This document shows, piece after piece, positions 55,210 through 63,535 of a stretch of 64,000 nucleotides of DNA. Below the pieces are notes generated by a model that was not told the origin of the DNA, ran no database searches, and saw only the letters and a list, made by a program, of their open reading frames with translations. The number at the start of each line of letters is the position of its first letter. Position 1 is the first letter of the stretch. Made by a program: the position numbers and the translations under genes. Source of the DNA: Bacteroidales bacterium (GTDB lineage: Bacteria; Bacteroidota; Bacteroidia; Bacteroidales; VadinHA17); contig DATKMR010000001.1 of NCBI GenBank assembly GCA_035541795.1, positions 3,532-67,531 on the forward strand, read 5' to 3'.

Positions 55210-57552
55210 ATGAATTCAGCAAAACCTCTGTTGTTTTTAATTCTGTTGCAGGCCTTTGCCGGTGTGTCGGGGCAGGAAAGGGTATTAAACTCTGAAATGA
55301 CCGGCAGAAAGAACTTCATGGAAGAGATATATCTTCAGACGGACCGTGATTTATATATTACCGGCGAACAGGTCTGGATGAAGATACTTAAGTTTGAGAA
55401 GCTGACATCATCCCCCGAAAATGAAAGTAAGGTGGTTTACCTTGAATTGCTTAATAATTCAGGGATAATCATCAGGCAGGTCAAGGTTGCATGCGATGGA
55501 TTCTCAAGCTCCGCAATGATGCGGCTTCCTGATACACTTACTACAGGCAATTACCTGATCAGGGCTTATACCAGCTGGATGCGGAACTACGGTGAAGACT
55601 GCTTCTTTTACAGGTATGTATCCGTGATAAATCCCTTCAGGAATATTGAACGGCTTGTAAATGTTCCAAACCAAAGAGGTGCCGATTCTGTAAGATTTTT
55701 TCCCGAAGGGGGAAAACTGGTTGCCGGTTTAAACAACAGGGTAGAGGTAAGGACCCGGGCAACAGGCGGAGCGCCCCTGAGACTGACCGGAGAAATAATA
55801 AACAGCAGGGGAGAACTTGTTACCTCGCTTACGACCGACTCCTCCGGATTCGGGATTTTCACTGTTAATCCTGTAAAAGATGACAGGCTTTATTTCAGGT
55901 ACAGGTCACCTGAAGGAGCTTTTTTAAAACAACAACTTCCTGATATACAGGCAGGTGGATTCATCATTTCGGTACAACCCACCCAGGGAAATTCCTCCTT
56001 TAAATTCAGGATAAAGAGATCGGGCGACGCTGCCATAACGATGAGACAGGGCAGGATTAGTATCTATTCAGGAAAAATTCCCGCCGTATCGCGGGAGATC
56101 AGTTTAATATACGACACCCTGGTTGTTTTCCCGGGCAAGGAGATCCCTGCCGGAACTTCGCTGGCATTGCTTTCAGACAATGAAGGAAACTTGCTCAGCG
56201 AGAGGTGGATATTCAAGAGCCCGGGTAATGGTCTTGTGATCAGGCTCAGTACTCCCGGGAATGAATACACTGAAAGGCAGAAGGTTATAGTGGACATTGA
56301 GGCAAGGAACCCGAACGGTGGCCCTGCAGTTGCCGACATGTCGGTTAGTGTTGTAAAAAGAGTCCTGGCAGGAACCCGGATGAATCTCAATAACCGGGAA
56401 GTATATTCCGCCATACCTGGAGAGTGGCTCGCAGGCATGGATGAAAGCCATATTAATGACAGGCTTCTCGAATTAAAGAAGAACGGGATCAGTAAAACAG
56501 GTGTTCATAACACATCCGACTCTGTCCCTGAGTTTATGCCGGAGCTTGGTGGCCATCTTCTCAGCGGAACAGTGAGAAGCAAGCAGAGCCACGAACCTCT
56601 TAGAAACACCGACATTTCACTTTCATTTGTCGGTAGGGTTGCAAGATGCCAGTTTGCAAAGACTGACTCTTCAGGCAAGTTCAATTTTGTGGTGAATAAT
56701 GCCGGGATGAATGAAATAGTGATACAGCCGATGAAATCTGTCACAGAAGGTTACTACGTTGAATTTGAGCAGCCTTTCTGCACCACCTTCAGCGGTCATG
56801 CTCCTCCTCATTTCAGCATTGACAGTACTGTTGCCGATGAAATAAACAAGGCTGTTATAAGCATGCAGGTAAGCAGCATCTATGCATCGTCCGGACCCGG
56901 GCCCGACAGGCGGGCCCAGCCTGGAAAGCTCAATGATTTTTTTGGTGTACCGGATAAGACCATCAGGCTGTCCGACTACATAGAGCTGACAACAATGAAA
57001 GAGGTAATTAAAGAACTTGTCCCCGATATCCTTGTCACGAAAAAAAATAAGGACTATGTTTTTAAGCTCATCAACCTAACTTATTCAGGAGGTAAAAGCA
57101 ATCCCCTGGTGCTCGTCGATGGGATACCTTTCTATAACCTCGGTAAACTGCTTGATGTCAGCTCAAAAGAGATTGAACGGATCGACATCCTCAACTCCAG
57201 GTATTTTTTTACGGAATATATTTTTGACGGGATAGTGAATGTGGTAACGAAGAAAGGAAACCTGAGCGTGACTGACTATGATAATTCAGTTTTCAGGCAG
57301 GTTTTTGAGGGATGCCAGGTACCAACGGGTTTTTCTTCTCCTGACTATAGAAGATCAGATGCCGGTTCAAGCCGTATCCCGGACTTCAGGAATACCCTGT
57401 ACTGGAAACCGGATATCATTACCGGGACGGATGGCAAAGCCAGTGTCTCGTTTTACACCTCCGACGAACCGGGCGATTATGTCATTACTGTTGAAGGAGT
57501 AATGGCTGACGGGAGTACCGGATCTTGTTCCATTCCTCTAACTATAAAATGA
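55210..57552 (+). CDS. Secreted MG2-like (alpha-2-macroglobulin fold) protein carrying a TonB-receptor Plug-like segment but no barrel
   Basis: Signal peptide. MG2-like LQTDRDLYITGEQVWMKILKF...GNYLIRAYTSWMRN. Plug-like NPLVLVDGIPFYNLGKLLDVSSKEIERIDILNS...FDGIVNVVTKKG. The protein ends about 120 aa later with DFRNTLYWKPDIITGTDGKASVSFYTSDEPGDYVITVEGV. Confidence 0.62.
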   Translation: MNSAKPLLFLILLQAFAGVSGQERVLNSEMTGRKNFMEEIYLQTDRDLYITGEQVWMKILKFEKLTSSPENESKVVYLELLNNSGIIIRQVKVACDGFSSSAMMRLPDTLTTGNYLIRAYTSWMRNYGEDCFFYRYVSVINPFRNIERLVNVPNQRGADSVRFFPEGGKLVAGLNNRVEVRTRATGGAPLRLTGEIINSRGELVTSLTTDSSGFGIFTVNPVKDDRLYFRYRSPEGAFLKQQLPDIQAGGFIISVQPTQGNSSFKFRIKRSGDAAITMRQGRISIYSGKIPAVSREISLIYDTLVVFPGKEIPAGTSLALLSDNEGNLLSERWIFKSPGNGLVIRLSTPGNEYTERQKVIVDIEARNPNGGPAVADMSVSVVKRVLAGTRMNLNNREVYSAIPGEWLAGMDESHINDRLLELKKNGISKTGVHNTSDSVPEFMPELGGHLLSGTVRSKQSHEPLRNTDISLSFVGRVARCQFAKTDSSGKFNFVVNNAGMNEIVIQPMKSVTEGYYVEFEQPFCTTFSGHAPPHFSIDSTVADEINKAVISMQVSSIYASSGPGPDRRAQPGKLNDFFGVPDKTIRLSDYIELTTMKEVIKELVPDILVTKKNKDYVFKLINLTYSGGKSNPLVLVDGIPFYNLGKLLDVSSKEIERIDILNSRYFFTEYIFDGIVNVVTKKGNLSVTDYDNSVFRQVFEGCQVPTGFSSPDYRRSDAGSSRIPDFRNTLYWKPDIITGTDGKASVSFYTSDEPGDYVITVEGVMADGSTGSCSIPLTIK

Positions 57553-57591
57553 TGGTTTGGGAAAATAATACCGGTAATTATATTACACCAC

Positions 57592-57622
57592 AGGCAAAAC
57601 AAAGAGCGGTTATGACCGCTCT
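57592..57622 (-). terminator. Rho-independent terminator downstream of tRNA-Leu
   Basis: AGAGCGG (57603-57609) pairs with CCGCTCT (57616-57622) around a 6-nt loop. On the minus strand the hairpin is followed by TTGTTTTG. Confidence 0.5.
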
Positions 57623-57635
57623 CTCTCTGTTCATG

Positions 57636-57719
57636 TACCCGGAGCCGGGATCGAACCGGCACAGTATTGCTACCACTGGTGTTTGAGACCAGCGCGTCTA
57701 CCAATTCCGCCATCCGGGC
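57636..57719 (-). tRNA. tRNA-Leu (anticodon CAA)
   Basis: The reverse complement is GCCCGGATGGCGGAATTGGTAGACGCGCTGGTCTCAAACACCAGTGGTAGCAATACTGTGCCGGTTCGATCCCGGCTCCGGGTA. It has a 7-bp acceptor stem and an anticodon stem CTGGT/ACCAG with loop CTCAAAC. It also has a long variable arm, a GGTTCGATCC T-loop and discriminator A. No CCA is encoded. Confidence 0.93.
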
Positions 57720-57799
57720 GTATAATTTACCATACTGGCAACTCATCCGACCCGGCCTTGGTGTGGGGTCAGGACTGCGAAAATATTAAAAACTTTTGA

Positions 57800-59707
57800 T
57801 CAGATGGTTGATTTATTTAAAATCTTACGTATCTCATTTACCAGACTCGCTGTGTCGAAGCCGCATTCCCTGATAAGCTCATACTGCGTCCCGTGTTCAA
57901 CAAAATAATCTGGTATTCCGAGTCTTCTTACATCAGCCTTGTAGCCGTTATCATTCATGAATTCGATCACGGCACTGCCAAAACCCCCTTTTAAGATCCC
58001 ATCCTCGACAGTAATTACCTTGCTGAATTTCCTGAAGACATGATGAAGAGTATCGGTGTCGAGGGGTGCTGCAAACCTCATATCGTAGTGGGCCGCGGAA
58101 ATTCCTTCACGCGACACGGTCCTTACTGCCTCCGCAGCAAAATTGCCGGGATGACCGAAGCTGAGCAAAGCCATATCTTCACCGTCGGAAATCATTCTGG
58201 CTTTGCCCACGGGTATCTCTTCGAACGGCAGGTTCCATTCGGTCCTCACACCGCACCCTCTCGGATAACGAATACTGATAGGTCCTGGCACTGAGCCGTT
58301 CTGTGCCGTGTACATAAGATTACGGAGCTCTATCTCATCCATCGGCGAGCTGACAATCATATTAGGTATGTTTCGCATAAAGGCGATATCGAAAAAACCA
58401 TGATGCGTTGCGCCGTCTGAACCTACGATCCCACCCCTGTCGATGCAGAATACAACATGGAGGTTCTGCAGCGCCACGTCGTGAACCACCTGGTCGTATG
58501 CCCTTTGTAGAAACGTTGAATAGATATTGCAGAATGGTATCAGACCCTGGGAGGCAAGGCCTGCCGAGAAAGTCACTGCATGCTGCTCGGCAATTCCCAC
58601 ATCGAAGGTCCTCTGGGGAAATTCCTTCATCATTATTGACAGGGAACAGCCTGAAGGCATGGCAGGTGTAATCCCGCATATCTTATCATTCTTCCGGGCA
58701 AGTTCGAGAATAGTTCTTCCGAAAACCTCCTGGTATGGCAGTGGACCGCAGCCGGATGCCGATTCTATAATCTCTCCCGTATCCTTGTTGAACAGACCGG
58801 GTGCATGGTATTTAGTCTGGTTCTCTTCCGCCTGCCTGAACCCTTTACCTTTTACAGTAAGACAATGGAGAAGCTTCGGTCCGGGAATTTTCTTAAGGTC
58901 GCTAAGCACGTCAGTAAGGTGAAGAACATCATGCCCGTCGATGGGACCGAAATACCTGAAATTCATTCCTTCAAAAAGATTGCTCCTGTCGAGGATGGTG
59001 CTTTTCAGACCAGCCTCGAGCTGGGAAGCAAGTGACCTTGCATTCGGGCCCAGCTTACCGATTTTCCCCAGTATCCTCCAGACATCATCCTTGAACCTGT
59101 TATATGTCTTGCTGGTGGTGATGTCGAGCAGGTACTCCTTTAGTGCACCAACATTGGGATCGATTGCAATATTATTGTCGTTCAGGATCACAAGGATATT
59201 TGTTTTTTCCATGCCGGCATTATTTAACCCTTCAAATGCCTCTCCCGCCGTCATGGCACCGTCACCGATTACTGCAACAACCTGCCTGTCCTCGCCTTTT
59301 TGCCTGGCAGCCACCGCCATCCCGAGAGCAGCCGAAATGGATGTTGAGGAATGACCCGTACCGAATGCATCAAATTCACTTTCCGAAATGCGCGGGAACC
59401 CGCTTATTCCCTTGTATTTCCTGTTGGTATGAAAAATGTCACGCCTGCCAGTGAGTATTTTATGGCCGTATGCCTGGTGCCCTACATCCCAGATTATCTT
59501 GTCGTATGGAGTATTGAAGACATAGTGAAGGGCCACAGTCAGCTCAACCACTCCAAGACTAGCTCCGAAGTGACCAGGGTTGGTACTTACGATATCAATG
59601 ATAAACTGCCTGAGTTCAGCACTCAGCTTAACGAGATCCGAAGGTTCAAGTTTTCTTATATCTTCCGGGTCCTTGATCCGGCTTAACAGGCTGTCTCCGC
59701 TATTCAT
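57800..59707 (-). CDS. dxs: 1-deoxy-D-xylulose-5-phosphate synthase
   Basis: GHFGASLGVVELTVALHY, WDVGHQAYGHKILTGR, GDGAMTAGEAFEGLNNAG and GIAEQHAVTFSAGLA. Confidence 0.95.
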   Translation of the reverse strand: MNSGDSLLSRIKDPEDIRKLEPSDLVKLSAELRQFIIDIVSTNPGHFGASLGVVELTVALHYVFNTPYDKIIWDVGHQAYGHKILTGRRDIFHTNRKYKGISGFPRISESEFDAFGTGHSSTSISAALGMAVAARQKGEDRQVVAVIGDGAMTAGEAFEGLNNAGMEKTNILVILNDNNIAIDPNVGALKEYLLDITTSKTYNRFKDDVWRILGKIGKLGPNARSLASQLEAGLKSTILDRSNLFEGMNFRYFGPIDGHDVLHLTDVLSDLKKIPGPKLLHCLTVKGKGFRQAEENQTKYHAPGLFNKDTGEIIESASGCGPLPYQEVFGRTILELARKNDKICGITPAMPSGCSLSIMMKEFPQRTFDVGIAEQHAVTFSAGLASQGLIPFCNIYSTFLQRAYDQVVHDVALQNLHVVFCIDRGGIVGSDGATHHGFFDIAFMRNIPNMIVSSPMDEIELRNLMYTAQNGSVPGPISIRYPRGCGVRTEWNLPFEEIPVGKARMISDGEDMALLSFGHPGNFAAEAVRTVSREGISAAHYDMRFAAPLDTDTLHHVFRKFSKVITVEDGILKGGFGSAVIEFMNDNGYKADVRRLGIPDYFVEHGTQYELIRECGFDTASLVNEIRKILNKSTI

Positions 59708-59734
59708 CTGGTGATCACGATTTCAATCGCCATG

Positions 59735-59742
59735 CAAAGATA
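59735..59742 (-). promoter_or_regulatory. Bacteroidota -7 promoter box (TAnnTTTG)
   Basis: Reads TATCTTTG on the minus strand, 27 nt upstream of dxs ATG 59707. Confidence 0.45.
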
Positions 59743-59866
59743 ATAATTATTATTCCCTCGAGGTTTGCCATGGCTCACAGTGGATTTTCTTATTTTTGTC
59801 AGTACTGTATTTCTTAGAACACCGGAAAGGCAAAAATGATTCAGGGAAATATAATTTTTTAATGAG

Positions 59867-60880
59867 ATGAAAAAACTTTGGGTAATCACTGTACTGACAT
59901 CAGCCATAATCCTTACGTTGGGTTCCTGCGTTTCAGGTAGAAAATACAAGAGTCTTGAAGACAGCAGCAGGCAGACACTCACGGATAGAGATACGCTGAA
60001 GGCAAGGAATATATACCTTTCGATGACCAACACCGAGCTTCAGGCAAAGCTTGAGTCACTCAAAAAAGAATCGGACAGCCTGAGGCAGGGAACACAGAAA
60101 GTTTCGGCCGAGAGAGACAGGCTGAAGGAAGAGTATAACAAGCTCTTGGCGAAAGTGAATGATATGCAGAACGCGCAGGAGGACCTGATCAAGGGTAACG
60201 TGAGTGAAACACGCAAGCTTCTTTCCGAACTCCAGGTCGCCCAGGAAAACCTTCAGAAGAAGGAAGATCTTCTCAGGCAGCTTGAACAATCGCTCGATAC
60301 GAAGAAAGCATCGCTCGATGAGATGTCTTTCGAGCTGGATAAAAGAAATGCCAAGATGGCTGAGCTGCAGAAAATTCTTGATGATCAGAAGCAGGTAGTG
60401 CAGGATCTTAAAAACAAGGTGTCAAATGCACTGCTTGGTTTTGAGAACAAGGGACTTACCGTTACAATGAAAAACGGTAAAGTCTATGTTTCGCTGGAGG
60501 ATAAGCTTCTTTTCAAAACAGCCAGCTGGGAGATAGATGCAAATGGGCGGGCAGCACTTAAAAAGCTGGCAGGGGTCCTCGAGAAAAACCCGGATATTCA
60601 GACCGTGATTGAGGGTCATACCGATAATGTTCCTTATAATCCTGCAGGGGGTCAGCTTAAGGATAACTGGGACCTGAGCACTAAAAGAGCCACCACCGTT
60701 GTGCGCACACTGCTAGAAGGGTCGAAGATTGATCCAAAGAGACTGACGGCTGCCGGTCACAGCCAATACCTGCCTGTCGATGACAGGAACAGTGTTGAAG
60801 CAAGGCAGAAGAACCGCAGGACAGAAATTATCCTGACACCCGATCTCACTGAACTGTACAAGATTATCGATAAGTACTGA
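59867..60880 (+). CDS. OmpA-family lipoprotein with a long coiled-coil N-terminal half
   Basis: Lipobox LTLGSC. About 150 aa of heptad-like Lys/Glu/Leu/Gln sequence follow. The OmpA_C domain reads IEGHTDNVPY...NWDLSTKRATTVVRTL...NRRTEIILTP. Confidence 0.85.
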   Translation: MKKLWVITVLTSAIILTLGSCVSGRKYKSLEDSSRQTLTDRDTLKARNIYLSMTNTELQAKLESLKKESDSLRQGTQKVSAERDRLKEEYNKLLAKVNDMQNAQEDLIKGNVSETRKLLSELQVAQENLQKKEDLLRQLEQSLDTKKASLDEMSFELDKRNAKMAELQKILDDQKQVVQDLKNKVSNALLGFENKGLTVTMKNGKVYVSLEDKLLFKTASWEIDANGRAALKKLAGVLEKNPDIQTVIEGHTDNVPYNPAGGQLKDNWDLSTKRATTVVRTLLEGSKIDPKRLTAAGHSQYLPVDDRNSVEARQKNRRTEIILTPDLTELYKIIDKY

Positions 60881-60951
60881 TTGCAGGACCGAGGCACTGA
60901 GTTGCAGGCAGGCGTTCCGGCAGCCATGGCTGAAAATCTATAAATTACTTC

Positions 60952-62514
60952 TCAGGGAAGCTGGTCCTCCTTGGAGAATAATTGCATCTTTACCTTCATG
61001 TTCTTCAGTGCCTGGAGAAGGTTGTCCTCAGGCTTCAGAAAATCCTGGTTACCCCAGAATGTGGGGTCATAGCTTGAGATTGTATTTGAAAAGATGGAGT
61101 AGATTGGTGCAATTTCACTTCTTTCGAAACGACTGACATTCCGGGTGGAAACATCCGTCACCGCCATTTCAAAGAAAACATCGAAGTAGCTGCCGAAGAG
61201 TTTCGACTTTTTCTTCGCGATAAATCTCAGGTCCCCGCGCACATGGTTAAGGACATACCTGTTGTCTGATCTCCTGTAGTTCACAAAGTACCTGATTGCA
61301 ACCGGCCACATTGAATACCCCCTCGACTGGTAGCTTACAAATTCATCCTTCGTCTTTTGAATCATCGAGGGATTTATCTCAAATTCAGCCTGTACAATGG
61401 CAAAATTGCCCGTGTTGATATAAACCGTTCCCTTGAAAAGAGGAATATCAACCGAGGGTTTTTGCTCAAATTCAACTGCATAAGCCGACTCATCGTCAAT
61501 TGTCACAATATCGGTCATGCGGTAATCGTACTGGCTGAAGTTCTCGGGCTGGATAAAATCAAATGGGTTCTTTGCACCGTCGAGCAAGAGGCAGGAGCTT
61601 AAACCTGCCTTAAGCCTGATAGTGAGGGTATCCCTGGATCCCGCATTTTCAAGTTTCCTGCTCTTAAGAATTTTGACCTGGTCGCCTGGAATCAGTCCCG
61701 TGTAGGAACTCTTGTAGATCTGAAGGATCGCTTCGGAGTAGATCTGAAGAAGGTTCTTCTTCAGAACAGCCTCGCGGTAGAAAGCCGACAGGTTGGCCGG
61801 GGCAGTACCATAATTCTTGGAGATGCCGTTATAGGCTTTCCTTACAATCTCCTGCGGCATCTGGTTCCTGATGACAATTTCGGGGATAGAGATAAATTCC
61901 CTTTTCATCCTGATATTAAAATTGTTCCCCAGTGCCTGCCTTACCGGGATGGTCCTGTTAATGTATCCCAGGTAGGATACCGTGAGCGAGTCGTTAAGAC
62001 AGTCGTGTGTAATTTTCAGAACAAACTCTCCATTGCTGTTCGTGACAGTACCCTTTCCTGTACGGATAATTCCCAGCGTTGCAAAAGATAAAGGCTCCCC
62101 GGTTTCAAAATCGGTTATGGTTCCGGTGATATTCTTTGTGACCCATTCCGTGGGATGGCTCACGGCAGGTGGTTCGGGGTCGGCTTTGTAGATAATAATA
62201 TACTTGTTTATTACAGAGTACCGGAGCGAGTCGTTTGTGAGAAGGCTGTCGAGAATTGAGCTCAGCCTGACAGATTTGAATGTTAATTCCCTTTTCCTTT
62301 CAATGTCTACAAGCTTGCTGTCGAAAGTAAAATAAAAGCCTGTTTGTTTTGTGATAAGACCCAGCGCGGTACCTGTCTTCACCTTCCCTTCATGGAATGT
62401 AAATGCTGAATCAAGAATGCTCACCTGGCCATAAGCCTGATGAGCAGTGAGGATTAAGATCAGAGGCATGATCGATAAAAGCCTCCTTAATCTATGGATA
62501 TCGGAAGATAACAT
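60952..62514 (-). CDS. STN-like plus CarboxypepD_reg domain protein without a TonB-receptor plug or barrel
   Basis: Signal peptide. STN-like FTFHEGKVKTGTALGLITKQTGFYFTFDSKL...LSSILDSLLTNDSLRYSVINKYIIIY. CarboxypepD_reg ITGTITDFETGEPLSFATLGI...VTNSNGEFVL. The last 300 aa or so carry no plug motif. Total length is only 520 aa. Confidence 0.62.
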   Translation of the reverse strand: MLSSDIHRLRRLLSIMPLILILTAHQAYGQVSILDSAFTFHEGKVKTGTALGLITKQTGFYFTFDSKLVDIERKRELTFKSVRLSSILDSLLTNDSLRYSVINKYIIIYKADPEPPAVSHPTEWVTKNITGTITDFETGEPLSFATLGIIRTGKGTVTNSNGEFVLKITHDCLNDSLTVSYLGYINRTIPVRQALGNNFNIRMKREFISIPEIVIRNQMPQEIVRKAYNGISKNYGTAPANLSAFYREAVLKKNLLQIYSEAILQIYKSSYTGLIPGDQVKILKSRKLENAGSRDTLTIRLKAGLSSCLLLDGAKNPFDFIQPENFSQYDYRMTDIVTIDDESAYAVEFEQKPSVDIPLFKGTVYINTGNFAIVQAEFEINPSMIQKTKDEFVSYQSRGYSMWPVAIRYFVNYRRSDNRYVLNHVRGDLRFIAKKKSKLFGSYFDVFFEMAVTDVSTRNVSRFERSEIAPIYSIFSNTISSYDPTFWGNQDFLKPEDNLLQALKNMKVKMQLFSKEDQLP

Positions 62515-62527
62515 CTCCCAGCATCAT

Positions 62528-63523
62528 TTATTTTTCCGAAAGATGGTAAATATTTCCCTCTTTATTGTATTTCAGCTGGAATGCCAGGCAGATATTATAA
62601 ATAATCACATCCGTCGGTGTCTTATCGAAAGTACACGAAAGCTGCTTATCAAGTATTCCGGGATTATCAGCAACAATACTGATATTATAGACTCTCTTGA
62701 GATCTTTAATAACAGTGCTCATCTTTTCACCATTGAATATCAGGATGTCAGTCTTCCATGAGAGGTAGTTCTGGTTTTTATTTACTGTTTTTGTGATTTC
62801 TGAAGTACTCAATATTCCCACATAGCCAGGATCAAGAATCATTTTCTTCGAATCGGAATGATCCGAAAGAAGAACCTTACCGGAACTTACAAATACTTCA
62901 ACTTCATCATTATCATTGTTTGTGATTACATTGAACGAGGTTCCTATATCAGCCACCATTGCTTTCCCTGCATCGATTGTAAACGGTCTGGAGGCGTCGT
63001 GAACGACATCGAAGAATGCTTCGCCGGTAAGGTTAACTTTCCTTGTGGCATTAAACCTTTTCGGGTTGTAAGAAAGCCGGGAGTTCCTGTTCATCCATGC
63101 TTTGCTTCCGTCGGGAAGGGAAACCTCCATGTTTCTCTGGTCGTTTGCCGCGATGAAGGTCTTATCGCCTGCAAGTATTCCTGATCTGTCGATTAGCAGT
63201 GCAGTAATTCCAAGGGCGGCAATAATGGCAACCGAGGCTGCTATACGAAGGAAAACACTTGCACTTCTTCTTTCATTGATCCTTACCGTTTTGCCTGTGA
63301 GTTCATTTTCTTTCAACCTGCCATGGAGCTTGTTCCATGCTTTGTCAACGTCAATTTCTCCTTTAATGTTTGTCATTCCAATCTCTTTCCACTTTTTTTC
63401 AGTCATTAAAATGTCCTCACTGCCGGTACTTGCATTCTCACTGCCTTGGGGTACCTGTTCACCCGAGAACCTGGCTGCAAGCTCTTCCCAGTCGCGATCT
63501 GAATATTTTTTTATCTCTTCCAT
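62528..63523 (-). CDS. FecR-family anti-sigma factor / transmembrane sensor
   Basis: Cytoplasmic N-terminus and a single TM helix (FLRIAASVAIIAALGITALLI). FecR domain (LPDGSKAWMNRNSRLSY...LTGEAFFDV...PFTIDAG...VADIGTSFNV). C-terminal DUF4974-like segment (L.DLKRVYNISI). Confidence 0.85.
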   Translation of the reverse strand: MEEIKKYSDRDWEELAARFSGEQVPQGSENASTGSEDILMTEKKWKEIGMTNIKGEIDVDKAWNKLHGRLKENELTGKTVRINERRSASVFLRIAASVAIIAALGITALLIDRSGILAGDKTFIAANDQRNMEVSLPDGSKAWMNRNSRLSYNPKRFNATRKVNLTGEAFFDVVHDASRPFTIDAGKAMVADIGTSFNVITNNDNDEVEVFVSSGKVLLSDHSDSKKMILDPGYVGILSTSEITKTVNKNQNYLSWKTDILIFNGEKMSTVIKDLKRVYNISIVADNPGILDKQLSCTFDKTPTDVIIYNICLAFQLKYNKEGNIYHLSEK

Positions 63524-63535
63524 CTTCCTTATTTT

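Noticed and set aside
41864-57719. The block of outer-membrane genes ending at tRNA-Leu, considered as a tRNA-targeted genomic island.
   Set aside because: There is no integrase, transposase or mobilisation gene. I saw no obvious direct repeat of the tRNA 3' end. I could not perceive a clear composition shift by eye.
60921-60932. A perfect 12-nt palindrome, CAGCCATGGCTG, between the convergent OmpA and STN-protein genes. TTGCAGG also occurs twice at 60881-60908.
   Set aside because: As a hairpin the stem is only about 4 bp, and no T-run follows on either strand. It is not a credible terminator and is too short to call a protein-binding site.
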